From the NCBI GenBank assembly GCA_965214095.1, contig OZ243938.1:2400001-2464000 (forward strand): 64,000 nt of DNA. The letters are read 5' to 3'. The translations under genes and the position numbers were made by a program. Shown here one piece after another: positions 20,015 through 29,528 of the stretch. The notes beneath the pieces are model-generated. The model was not told the origin of the DNA. It was given only the letters and a program-made list of their open reading frames with translations, and searched no databases. This stretch comes from Candidatus Poribacteria bacterium (lineage in GTDB: Bacteria > Poribacteria > WGA-4E > WGA-3G). Within the stretch, counting starts at the first letter, position 1, and the number at the start of each line of letters is the position of its first letter.

Positions 20015-20830
20015 CTAATCGTGTGTCTGAAAACGATATACTTCTTGTGCGTTTTCGGATAGGTTTGTCCATATCTCTTCTGGAACACGTGCGTTGAATA
20101 TATTTGGTGCATCAGGTGCATGGTGAAATCTGCGAAAATAGACCAACGCGAACATGTGTCGGCGTGTTTGCGTGCGGTTCGGCATTGCACGATGCCAACA
20201 CCGCATATCCCGAACTACTATAGAACCTGCGGGCATGACTAACTGAAATGAAGGGAGTTGGGCAGCCCGTTCCTCTTCACATACGTTGTAGGGTGTATTT
20301 CGAACTGCTTCGTCATCAATGATGAGATGTGAGCCGGGCCACACTTCCGTTGCACCGTTTTCCACCGTAAAGTCAACCAGTGGAATGTTAACAACTATTG
20401 ATGTGACTGGCAGTGCAAACGGTAACTCAGGAAAGAGTTGACCGGAATCTCTATGGATCCATTGTATATCAGAACCCGGTGCAGTTGAGTTGCATCCGTA
20501 GGGCAAATATGCAAATATCTTTTCTCCCATGACCGCCTTCATTATCGGCAAGGCAAAAGAGTTGTCAATTATCCGGGCATCCATGAATGGCATCTTTAGC
20601 ATCGGGTGTATGCCGTTGTGGACTTCATCTCCGTTATCAAGAACTGACTGCATTGCTGTGTTGATCGTTTCTATCCAATCGCGAGGAAGAACACTTTCAA
20701 TGACAACTAATCCTGTTTCGCGTAGAAGGCGTGCGGCAGCATCTATGCTCTCTGATGTAGGTTTGTTTTCAGCACGTTCCTGTGCTGATATTTCTAACTT
20801 AGGTATGTTGATTGTTGTTCCTGAACTCAC
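20015..20830 (-). CDS. Phytanoyl-CoA dioxygenase (PhyH) family 2OG-Fe(II) oxygenase
   Basis: QWIHRD, ENGATEVWPGSH, WHRAMPN. Confidence 0.9.
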   Translation of the reverse strand: MSSGTTINIPKLEISAQERAENKPTSESIDAAARLLRETGLVVIESVLPRDWIETINTAMQSVLDNGDEVHNGIHPMLKMPFMDARIIDNSFALPIMKAVMGEKIFAYLPYGCNSTAPGSDIQWIHRDSGQLFPELPFALPVTSIVVNIPLVDFTVENGATEVWPGSHLIIDDEAVRNTPYNVCEEERAAQLPSFQLVMPAGSIVVRDMRCWHRAMPNRTQTRRHMFALVYFRRFHHAPDAPNIFNARVPEEIWTNLSENAQEVYRFQTHD

Positions 20831-20838
20831 GGTCAGAC

Positions 20839-21591
20839 CTATCCTTCTGTTTGATTTGGTGGTAGTTTCAATGCTTCTCTCACTTCTTGACGAACTATGT
20901 TACAAGTTTTTACTACATGTTCAGCATTTCCCGAAGTAGCAGATTTACCGGGATAACGAAATTCCACAGCATAAGGAGCAATAGTAGAAAAATCTGTTTG
21001 CCAAATATTCCAATCTGGAATAGTAGGAAGAATCAGACCTAATAATGCTAACAAATCATGTGATCTTGGTAACGGAATGTTTGTCTCTTGTAACCATGCC
21101 TTTAAATACTTCTCTATACACTGTTGTGCGTGGAAACAGATATGATCATAATCTGGTGATGATGCCTGTTGATGCAATCCTATGGCATTATAATCTCTTT
21201 CGGCTTTCTGCACCCACTCAAGTGTTAATGGATTCATACCCTCCTCTTTCTTTTTGAAAGGTTTGCTGACAAAGCTAATATTTCCATAAAGCACTTTACC
21301 TCTTTCTGTGATCTCACGAAGAAACCAATCGTTGTGTGAGATTCTATAAGCGATCTCATCTGGTGTCCGCACGAGCAAATCCATGCTAAAGCGACGTGGG
21401 ATACGTTGCCATATCTCTGCAGCTTGCTTGGTTGTCTCCGATTCTGAGATATCCATCACAACCAACAAATCAACATCTGAGTCTTCTTTTGGCGTGCCGT
21501 AGGCGTGGGAACCAAATAGAATAACTTGAAGCGGTGAGAATTCACGAACAATATCGTCACAGGTTGCTTGAATGTCATCTTGCGTAATCAT
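20839..21591 (-). CDS. Fused MNT nucleotidyltransferase-HEPN protein
   Basis: LFGSHAYG..DSDVDLLV, then FHAQQCIEKYLKA, RSHDL, FRYPG in one ORF; ATG 21591 preferred. Confidence 0.85.
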   Translation of the reverse strand: MITQDDIQATCDDIVREFSPLQVILFGSHAYGTPKEDSDVDLLVVMDISESETTKQAAEIWQRIPRRFSMDLLVRTPDEIAYRISHNDWFLREITERGKVLYGNISFVSKPFKKKEEGMNPLTLEWVQKAERDYNAIGLHQQASSPDYDHICFHAQQCIEKYLKAWLQETNIPLPRSHDLLALLGLILPTIPDWNIWQTDFSTIAPYAVEFRYPGKSATSGNAEHVVKTCNIVRQEVREALKLPPNQTEG

Positions 21592-21738
21592 GACCTTTCT
21601 CCTTATTGGCAAGTATAGCATGGAAGCATAACAGATGTCAATATGGGTGTGAAATGGTTTGACATTCATATTGTATAGTTTACAAATCTATATGCTGCTA
21701 TAATACAATCAGTTCAATCCGATGGAGGAATAATTCCC

Positions 21739-24336
21739 ATGAAACATATATTCCCGATTCTTGTACTTCTCATCGTATTTGCCAGTTGTTCCCCACCAGA
21801 ACCCGTGGAGTTCCCCGACCCAAATTTAGCTGCTGCTGTACGCGAAGAATTAAGTTTATCCCCTGATGAACCTATTATGAATAATCAACTAAAAGAACTT
21901 ACAATTCTGATAGTTTCAGGGAAAAAGATAAAAGACCTAAAAGGTTTAGAAAAAGCAAAAGGATTGACACATTTGTATCTGAGTGGACATCAAATTTTGG
22001 ATCTCACACCACTTGAAAAATTAAACAAATTGGATTCCATAGATCTTTCATCCAATCCAATTACTGATTTCACTACTATCTCAAAATTCAAGAAACTTGA
22101 GAAATTAAGACTTAGTAATAACAACATAAGGGATATTTCATTTCTGAGCAACCTAAAAAAGTTAAATTTATTAGATCTTAACATGAATCGTATCACTGAT
22201 ATCACACCGCTTGCTAATCTGATTAATATGAAGACGTTATTTCTTGAGAACAATGAAATTACCGATACTGCACCACTGTATGATTTGACCCAACTCATGA
22301 CGTTACGTCTAAGGTATAATAAAATTTCGAACCTATCTGGACTTGAAAACAAGATAAATCTGAAGAACTTACTTTTATCCAACAATGAAATAACTGACAT
22401 TTTACCCCTTACGAACCAGACGGAACTCTCCGAATTACATCTGGACTATAACAAAATCAAAGATATTTCTCCTCTCACTAATTTATCAAAATTAAGGGAA
22501 TTGCACCTGACAAGCAATGAAATCAACAATATAACACCACTTGCTGATAAATCTAACATAACAAACTTAAGCCTGGCCCAAAATGAGATTAGTGATCTCG
22601 CTCCCATTAGCACCTTAACAAAGCTAAACTATCTACACTTAAATGACAATTACATCAAAGACGTAACCCCTCTTAAAAGATTGACTAATCTGACACGATT
22701 GCAATTAAGAGATAACGAAATCACAGATATAACACCGTTAAATGACTTACCCCAGTTGAGGGACTTAGAAGTAGGAGGTAATCCAGTTTATGATATGACA
22801 CTTGTTGAATCTATCAAACAGACTCAGAGACAAAAGTTCAGTGATAAACAGACAAGTTCGTCTTCGAAAGAAAAACCGATCCAAGAACCATCTCCTACTC
22901 CACAAACCACGATATTTCCCGATCCGAACTTAGCCGCTGCAGTCCGTAAAGCACTCGGTTTAAATCCAACAGACCCTATTACGCAAGAGAAACTCAACTC
23001 GTTAGGAGTTCTAGATTACGTAAGAGGTGTAACCGATCTAACAGGATTGGAAAAGGTAAACAATTTAGTGAAGTTAAGTATCGTTACGCATCAGATTAAA
23101 GATATTTCACCAATTAAAGAATTGACCAAACTCGAATTTCTATATTTGTCTAACGGAGAAATTAGCGATCTAACCCCACTCGCAGGTCTAACACAGTTGA
23201 AATTCTTATTTCTGGCAGGAAACCAAATTAGCGATCTAACCCCACTTGCGGGTCTAATAAATCTGAGAATATTATCACTCGGTGCTAATCAGATACGGGA
23301 CATCAGTCCACTTGTTGGGTTGAAGAATTTAGCAAGTTTGCGTTTCAGGGAAGTTCACGTTTTTGATGAAAGCATACATAACGATATCAGCGACATTACA
23401 CCGCTAAAAGAGTTGCCCCAACTTAATACCTTAGCACTTAGTCGTGGAACTCTTACAGACATAACCCCACTCGCAAGTATAAAGAGTTTAATGGAGTTAT
23501 TTATTGCAGAGAACCATATTAGTGATTTAACCCCTCTCTCAGAATTGAAATACCTAAGGAACTTAACCATTGAACAGAATAAAATTAGTGACCTTACACC
23601 TCTTTCAAAGTTGAAATTGTTGGAATCCCTTAGTATCAAAGATAATCCAATTAGCGACATAACTCCTCTCGGTGATTTAAAACACCTGACGAGTTTGTCA
23701 CTGTTTAATAATCAGATTGGCGACATCGCACCCCTTGCAGAATTGATACATCTGAATTCATTATATATTAGCGAGGCACAAGTTAGGGATATCACTTCAC
23801 TATCAGAGTTGAAGCATCTTACGGATTTATCAATTCGTGAGTGTCCGATTGAGGATCTAACAGCACTTGGACAATTATCACGACTAAGAAGTCTATCATT
23901 GTCAAATGGAGGGTTAGTAGATGAGCTAACACCTCTTGGCAGATTGACCAAACTAGAACGTTTATCTTTATCAAGCAATCAGATTAAGAGTATTACGCAA
24001 CTTGGCACAGTACTACCTAAAATGAGGCATCTAACCAATTTAGAGTTAAACGATAATCAAATACAAGATGTATCTCTACTGACAAAGATTACACAACTCA
24101 CAAGATTATCACTTGGTAAGAATCAAATCCGAGACATAACTCCCCTCGCTGGAATGACAAAACTAACATTGTTATATATGGCAAACAACCAAATCCGGGA
24201 TATCAGTACTGTTGAGAACTTTAAACAGTTAGATGTTCTACATATTAAAGGAAATCCAATTCAGAATCTTTCGCCGATTCGTAGGCTTCGCAAAGAATTG
24301 CCGGATTTGTACGTAGACATCAAAGTTGATCCGTAA
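21739..24336 (+). CDS. Internalin-like LRR lipoprotein with two capped LRR modules
   Basis: Lipobox FASC; FPDPNLAAAVR cap occurs twice; 22-aa LxxLxLxxNxIxDIxPL repeats. Confidence 0.92.
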   Translation: MKHIFPILVLLIVFASCSPPEPVEFPDPNLAAAVREELSLSPDEPIMNNQLKELTILIVSGKKIKDLKGLEKAKGLTHLYLSGHQILDLTPLEKLNKLDSIDLSSNPITDFTTISKFKKLEKLRLSNNNIRDISFLSNLKKLNLLDLNMNRITDITPLANLINMKTLFLENNEITDTAPLYDLTQLMTLRLRYNKISNLSGLENKINLKNLLLSNNEITDILPLTNQTELSELHLDYNKIKDISPLTNLSKLRELHLTSNEINNITPLADKSNITNLSLAQNEISDLAPISTLTKLNYLHLNDNYIKDVTPLKRLTNLTRLQLRDNEITDITPLNDLPQLRDLEVGGNPVYDMTLVESIKQTQRQKFSDKQTSSSSKEKPIQEPSPTPQTTIFPDPNLAAAVRKALGLNPTDPITQEKLNSLGVLDYVRGVTDLTGLEKVNNLVKLSIVTHQIKDISPIKELTKLEFLYLSNGEISDLTPLAGLTQLKFLFLAGNQISDLTPLAGLINLRILSLGANQIRDISPLVGLKNLASLRFREVHVFDESIHNDISDITPLKELPQLNTLALSRGTLTDITPLASIKSLMELFIAENHISDLTPLSELKYLRNLTIEQNKISDLTPLSKLKLLESLSIKDNPISDITPLGDLKHLTSLSLFNNQIGDIAPLAELIHLNSLYISEAQVRDITSLSELKHLTDLSIRECPIEDLTALGQLSRLRSLSLSNGGLVDELTPLGRLTKLERLSLSSNQIKSITQLGTVLPKMRHLTNLELNDNQIQDVSLLTKITQLTRLSLGKNQIRDITPLAGMTKLTLLYMANNQIRDISTVENFKQLDVLHIKGNPIQNLSPIRRLRKELPDLYVDIKVDP

Positions 24337-24363
24337 ACATCTCATTGAAAGGAATAGAGGACT

Positions 24364-26769
24364 ATGAAACATATATTCCCGATTCTTGTACTTCTCATCG
24401 TATTCGTCAGTTGTTCCCCACCAGAACCCGTGGAGTTCCCCGACCCGAATTTAGCCGCTGCCGTGCGGGAAGTGCTCAATTTGGATGAACGGACACCCTT
24501 CAAAGAAAAGGATCTGATGAAAATCGAAAGACTTAATGCAAGCAGCAGTCAAATAAGCGATTTAACTGGCATAGAAAAAATGAGAGGATTAACAGAGTTA
24601 TTGCTTAAAAACAATCAGATTGTGGATGTTACACCGCTACAAGGGTTAGAGAAACTGACATTTTTGCATCTCACTGGTAACAAGATTAGTAATATTATAC
24701 CGATTGCCGGATTGACAAATCTAACGCGCCTCACGCTTGGAAACAACCGAATTAATGACATCCAATCCTTAACAAATTTAGCGCAGCTGACAGACTTAAT
24801 CCTCTATTCTAATGATATAAACGACATCACACCGCTCAATGGATTAAGAAAGCTTGAGTCGTTAATGCTTGGCTTTAACCCAATCAAAGATCTTACTCCA
24901 CTTGCAGGTTTGACACAGCTTAAGGAATTAAGACTTGACTACATTCCGATCAAAGACCTTACACCCATTGAAGATTTGACGCAACTGACGAAATTATCAC
25001 TACTGAGTTGCGAAATCAGTGAAATCTCTGCTATCGCTGGATTAACACAACTCAAGGAATTAATGCTTTCATCTAATGAAATGAATGATATTGCTCCGCT
25101 AACAGCGTTAAAACAGTTAAATACCTTAAGCCTCTCCAATAATAAAATCAATGATTTGACTCTGTTGACAGGTCTAACACAATTGGTAGACTTATCCCTT
25201 GAAGCCAATTTAATCAGTGACCTAACACCTCTTGAGGGACTAACACAATTGAAGAGATTGGAATTAACGAGAAATAAAATTAGCGACTTTTCACCACTTG
25301 CAGGATTAACACAACTGACAAAATTATCGCTTGCACATAATAAAATCAGTAAGATAGAATTCATCGATGGTTTTGAACATCTTTCGCGATTAGATTTGGG
25401 ATATAATGAGATTCAAGATTTAACATCTATTGTTGCAATGCTTAAAAATTTGCCTGATCTTCAATCCTTTTCCCTTGCTCATAATAAAATAAACGACATT
25501 ACTCCTCTTGAAGAAATGACGCAGATTAGCAGATTAGACCTTAGATATAATGAGATAAGTGGTATTGACCCGCTTGCTAATTTGACACAACTTCATGATT
25601 TAGACTTATCAAACAATATGATAAGTGATGTTGTACCTCTAAGAGAATTAACACAACTCTATAGTTTAGCACTTTATGATAATCAAATTACAGACATCAC
25701 TTCATTTGGTGGATTTAAATTCCTTCAACTTCTTTTTCTACAAAACAACCAAATTAGTGATATTTCTCCGCTTGCTGAATTAAGTTCACTTAGAGCATTA
25801 TTAATCAGTAGAAATAAAATAACTGACATTAATCCGCTGGTAGAGAGAAAACGACTTTGGAGTTTATTTCTTGATGGAAATCTTATTACAGATATTTCAC
25901 CGCTCAAAGAACTCACAAATATTAAAAATCTCCAGTTACATAATAACGATATTGTTGACATCACACCACTTGCTGGATTAACAGAAATTACAGAATTAAA
26001 TCTAAGTTCCAATCAAATTACAGACATCACTGCCCTTGAAGGGTTAACACAAATTACCAATTTGGAAATTAATGACAATCAAATTGATGATATTATACCA
26101 CTTAAGGAATTAACACAAATTACAAACCTATCACTTAACAACAATCAAATCATCGACATTTCCCCACTGAATGGAAAAACAAAACTGATACGTCTTTCAC
26201 TATCAAAAAACAAAATTGTTGATCTTACTCCGTTAGGAGGATTGAATCAACTGGAAGGTTTATTTTTGGATAGCAATAAAATTAGTGATTTGACATTAGT
26301 TAAGAAGTTTACGAAACTTTCATATTTATCACTTGTGAACAACAATATTGACGACTTCACACCACTTACAGAATTAACGAACCTCACGGAAATAATAGTT
26401 GGCGGAAGCAATTTTAGAGACCTTACACAACTCACTTCAGTTTTGACTAAATTGCCGCGTTTTGTCTTCTTAACAGTCAAAGAAAGCGATATTACTGATA
26501 TAACGCCACTAGCACAGTTAACAGAATTAAAACAATTAAGACTTGTTCAGACCAAAATCAGTGATATTACCCCTATTTCGCAATTGTCTAAGTTATATGG
26601 CTTATGGTTGAATGACAATCAAATTTCTGACATCACTCCACTAAAAGGATTAACACAACTGCGGTTTTTAAATCTTAAAAACAACCCAATTCGTGATATT
26701 TCCCCGATTCAGCGACTACGTAAAAATAATCCGAATTTAGAGGTAAATATTGATGGTACAGACCCATAA
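24364..26769 (+). CDS. Internalin-like LRR lipoprotein
   Basis: Lipobox FVSC, cap, about 30 LRR units. Confidence 0.92.
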   Translation: MKHIFPILVLLIVFVSCSPPEPVEFPDPNLAAAVREVLNLDERTPFKEKDLMKIERLNASSSQISDLTGIEKMRGLTELLLKNNQIVDVTPLQGLEKLTFLHLTGNKISNIIPIAGLTNLTRLTLGNNRINDIQSLTNLAQLTDLILYSNDINDITPLNGLRKLESLMLGFNPIKDLTPLAGLTQLKELRLDYIPIKDLTPIEDLTQLTKLSLLSCEISEISAIAGLTQLKELMLSSNEMNDIAPLTALKQLNTLSLSNNKINDLTLLTGLTQLVDLSLEANLISDLTPLEGLTQLKRLELTRNKISDFSPLAGLTQLTKLSLAHNKISKIEFIDGFEHLSRLDLGYNEIQDLTSIVAMLKNLPDLQSFSLAHNKINDITPLEEMTQISRLDLRYNEISGIDPLANLTQLHDLDLSNNMISDVVPLRELTQLYSLALYDNQITDITSFGGFKFLQLLFLQNNQISDISPLAELSSLRALLISRNKITDINPLVERKRLWSLFLDGNLITDISPLKELTNIKNLQLHNNDIVDITPLAGLTEITELNLSSNQITDITALEGLTQITNLEINDNQIDDIIPLKELTQITNLSLNNNQIIDISPLNGKTKLIRLSLSKNKIVDLTPLGGLNQLEGLFLDSNKISDLTLVKKFTKLSYLSLVNNNIDDFTPLTELTNLTEIIVGGSNFRDLTQLTSVLTKLPRFVFLTVKESDITDITPLAQLTELKQLRLVQTKISDITPISQLSKLYGLWLNDNQISDITPLKGLTQLRFLNLKNNPIRDISPIQRLRKNNPNLEVNIDGTDP

Positions 26770-26779
26770 AGAAAAAATC

Positions 26780-28180
26780 ATGATGAAACATACTTGCCTA
26801 ATTTTTGCACTTCTTTCACTATTTCTCAGTTGCTCGCTTTTCAAGCAAGAAATTATACCCGATGAGAACTTAGCTGCTGCAATTCGATCAGAACTAAAAT
26901 TAGCACCAAACGATCCTATTTCAAAAGAAGATCTGCAAGAGTTAGAGATGCTATTAGCCGTGAAGAGAGGAATAAAGAATCTAAATGGTTTGGAAAAAGC
27001 TGTAAATTTAAGTATTTTGACGCTTGATATGAACGAAATTAGAAACATCACTCCCCTATCAAAACTAAAACAACTTACCTCATTATCTCTTGGTGACAAT
27101 AAAATCCGAAATATCAGACCACTTGCTAAATTGACTGGACTCGAGACGTTAAGCCTTACTAACAACGAAATTGATGACATTACACCCATAGCAAAGTTAA
27201 AGCAACTTACAGAGTTAGAACTTCAAAGGCATCATATCAATGACCCGAAACACCTCTTTGGTGTGCTTACGGAATTGCCTCAACTTACCGATCTCAATCT
27301 TGAACTAAACGAAATAAGCGACATTACGCCAATCTCAAAATTGACGCAGCTTACAAAATTATCACTTGATGGCAGTCAAATTACGGATATTACACCGATT
27401 ACTAAACTGACGCAACTGGCAGATTTAACGCTCTATAAATGCTTAATCACAGACATAAAGCCGATTGCCGAACTGACGCAACTTACAAACTTAACACTTG
27501 ATGGTAGCCAAATTGTAGACTTTGACCCATTAACTGAGATGACACAACTCACGCGGTTGTCACTTCAAAATTGTCACATATCGGATATCACACCTTTCAC
27601 TAAAATGACAGAACTCACAGCTTTCTCATTATATAAATGTCAAACTACAGACTTCACACCGATTACAGAAATGAACAATTTGAAATTCTTAGGACTCGGC
27701 GGTACACCAATCAAAGACATAACATTTCTTGCTAAATTAAAGCAGTTAGACTCCCTATCACTCCCAGACTGTCATATCAGTGACATCCATCCACTAAGTG
27801 AACTAAAACAACTCAGTATGTTGATTCTCAACAGTAATGAAATTAGGGATGTTTCACCGCTTGTTGTTTTAGATGAACTTCAATTTTTAGCCCTTAGAAA
27901 TAATCAAATAAGCAATATCTCAACACTTGCTGAATTGTCTGAACTTCAGTCTCTGATGCTTGATGATAATCAAATAAGCGATATTTCAACACTTAACACA
28001 TTGACAAACCTTGAGATTTTATCACTGGCGAAAAACGAAATTACAGACATCAGCAACCTTGAAAACTTGGAAAATCTCAAATGGTTAGTTATACAGGAGA
28101 ACCCAATTCAAGATAAGACAGCAATTCGCAGACTCCGGAAACAGATTCCACATTTGCAAATTTTAGAAACTAATCACTAA
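26780..28180 (+). CDS. Internalin-like LRR lipoprotein
   Basis: MMKH start, lipobox FLSC, IPDENLAAAIR cap, LRRs. Confidence 0.9.
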   Translation: MMKHTCLIFALLSLFLSCSLFKQEIIPDENLAAAIRSELKLAPNDPISKEDLQELEMLLAVKRGIKNLNGLEKAVNLSILTLDMNEIRNITPLSKLKQLTSLSLGDNKIRNIRPLAKLTGLETLSLTNNEIDDITPIAKLKQLTELELQRHHINDPKHLFGVLTELPQLTDLNLELNEISDITPISKLTQLTKLSLDGSQITDITPITKLTQLADLTLYKCLITDIKPIAELTQLTNLTLDGSQIVDFDPLTEMTQLTRLSLQNCHISDITPFTKMTELTAFSLYKCQTTDFTPITEMNNLKFLGLGGTPIKDITFLAKLKQLDSLSLPDCHISDIHPLSELKQLSMLILNSNEIRDVSPLVVLDELQFLALRNNQISNISTLAELSELQSLMLDDNQISDISTLNTLTNLEILSLAKNEITDISNLENLENLKWLVIQENPIQDKTAIRRLRKQIPHLQILETNH

Positions 28181-28206
28181 TCAAGGTGGTAACGAGGAAC
28201 TATAAT

Positions 28207-29484
28207 ATGAAACATTATTGTTTGATTCTTACACTTCTCATTGTAATTGTCAGTCTTTCTCCAAAACCTGTTGTGAAATCCGATTCGGACTCAGCCATAA
28301 TATCGGACCAAAACTTGGCTGAAGTTGTGAAAAAGGCTGTTGGTTTAAGTCCAAACGATCCCATTTCAAAAGAAAAATTAAAGAAAATCAAGAAATTAGA
28401 TGCAGTCAACATCGGTATAAAAACATTGTCCGGGATAGAAAACTTAACAGGTCTAACTTCTCTCCGCCTCGGCGGAAACCAAATTAGAGATATAGCACCA
28501 CTCGCTGAATTAAAACATATTGAGACATTAGAACTTGGTAGAAACCAAATTAGAGATATTACACCACTCATTGAATTGACACAACTTGAATGGTTATATC
28601 TCTACGATAATCAAATTAAAGACATTAAACCACTTTCGGAACTAAAAGAACTTAGGCATTTACTTATCTGGCGTAATGAATTCAACGATATCTCACCACT
28701 CGCTGGATTGACGAAACTTATGGAGTTGGGCATATCAGACACGCAAACTACTGACCTGATAGCACTTACAAAATTGACACAACTTACACGTTTAGTCTTC
28801 TCGAATAGTCAACTAAGGGATATAACTCCGCTCAAAGGGATGTCGCATCTGAGGTCCATTGATCTACGTAACAATCAGATTGAAGATATTACACCATTAG
28901 CGGAATTATCAGAACTTACAAATTTGTGGATTGATGGAAATCAAATCAACGACATTAAACCACTCGTAAATTTGACTAAATTAGACTGGCTCCTGTTAGG
29001 TAATAATAAAATTAAAGACATTGCACCACTGGCAGGATTAACAAAATTGACATTTTTGAGACTAAGCGGTAATCAAATTATTGATCTTAAACACCTATCC
29101 GGATTGACACAACTCACACAACTACAATTGGGTGGAGACCATATCAGTGACATTACCGATCTGGTTCAGTTACTTGCAGGATTACCACGTCTTGATACTT
29201 TATACCTTGCAAATAGTCAAATTAACGATCTTACACCGCTTGCTAAATTAAAAGGGTTGAAACGTCTATTCCTGCGTAATAACCACATTAAGGATATTAC
29301 ACCACTCACAGAATTAACACAGCTCACAAGATTATGGTTAGATAGTAATCAAATAAGTGATTTCAGTGGTATTGAAAACTTGAAAAATCTACAAGTTTTG
29401 AGTATTAGGGATAACCCACTTCAAGATATGACACCGGTCAATAAACTTAAAGAACAGTTTCCAAGTATGAAAGTATTTCGCTAA
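28207..29484 (+). CDS. Secreted or anchored internalin-like LRR protein
   Basis: MKH start, hydrophobic leader without lipobox Cys, ISDQNLAEVV cap, LRRs. Confidence 0.9.
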   Translation: MKHYCLILTLLIVIVSLSPKPVVKSDSDSAIISDQNLAEVVKKAVGLSPNDPISKEKLKKIKKLDAVNIGIKTLSGIENLTGLTSLRLGGNQIRDIAPLAELKHIETLELGRNQIRDITPLIELTQLEWLYLYDNQIKDIKPLSELKELRHLLIWRNEFNDISPLAGLTKLMELGISDTQTTDLIALTKLTQLTRLVFSNSQLRDITPLKGMSHLRSIDLRNNQIEDITPLAELSELTNLWIDGNQINDIKPLVNLTKLDWLLLGNNKIKDIAPLAGLTKLTFLRLSGNQIIDLKHLSGLTQLTQLQLGGDHISDITDLVQLLAGLPRLDTLYLANSQINDLTPLAKLKGLKRLFLRNNHIKDITPLTELTQLTRLWLDSNQISDFSGIENLKNLQVLSIRDNPLQDMTPVNKLKEQFPSMKVFR

Positions 29485-29528
29485 TCAAAACTATCTATGC
29501 GTTGAAGCATAAAGTGGAGGTATGACAC

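Noticed and set aside
21990-28571. Antisense ORFs over the LRR genes
   Set aside because: Shadow frames of repetitive coding sequence with no independent protein signal.
21739-29484. Diversity-generating retroelement acting on the LRR genes
   Set aside because: No reverse transcriptase in the window and no repeat pair differing only at adenines.
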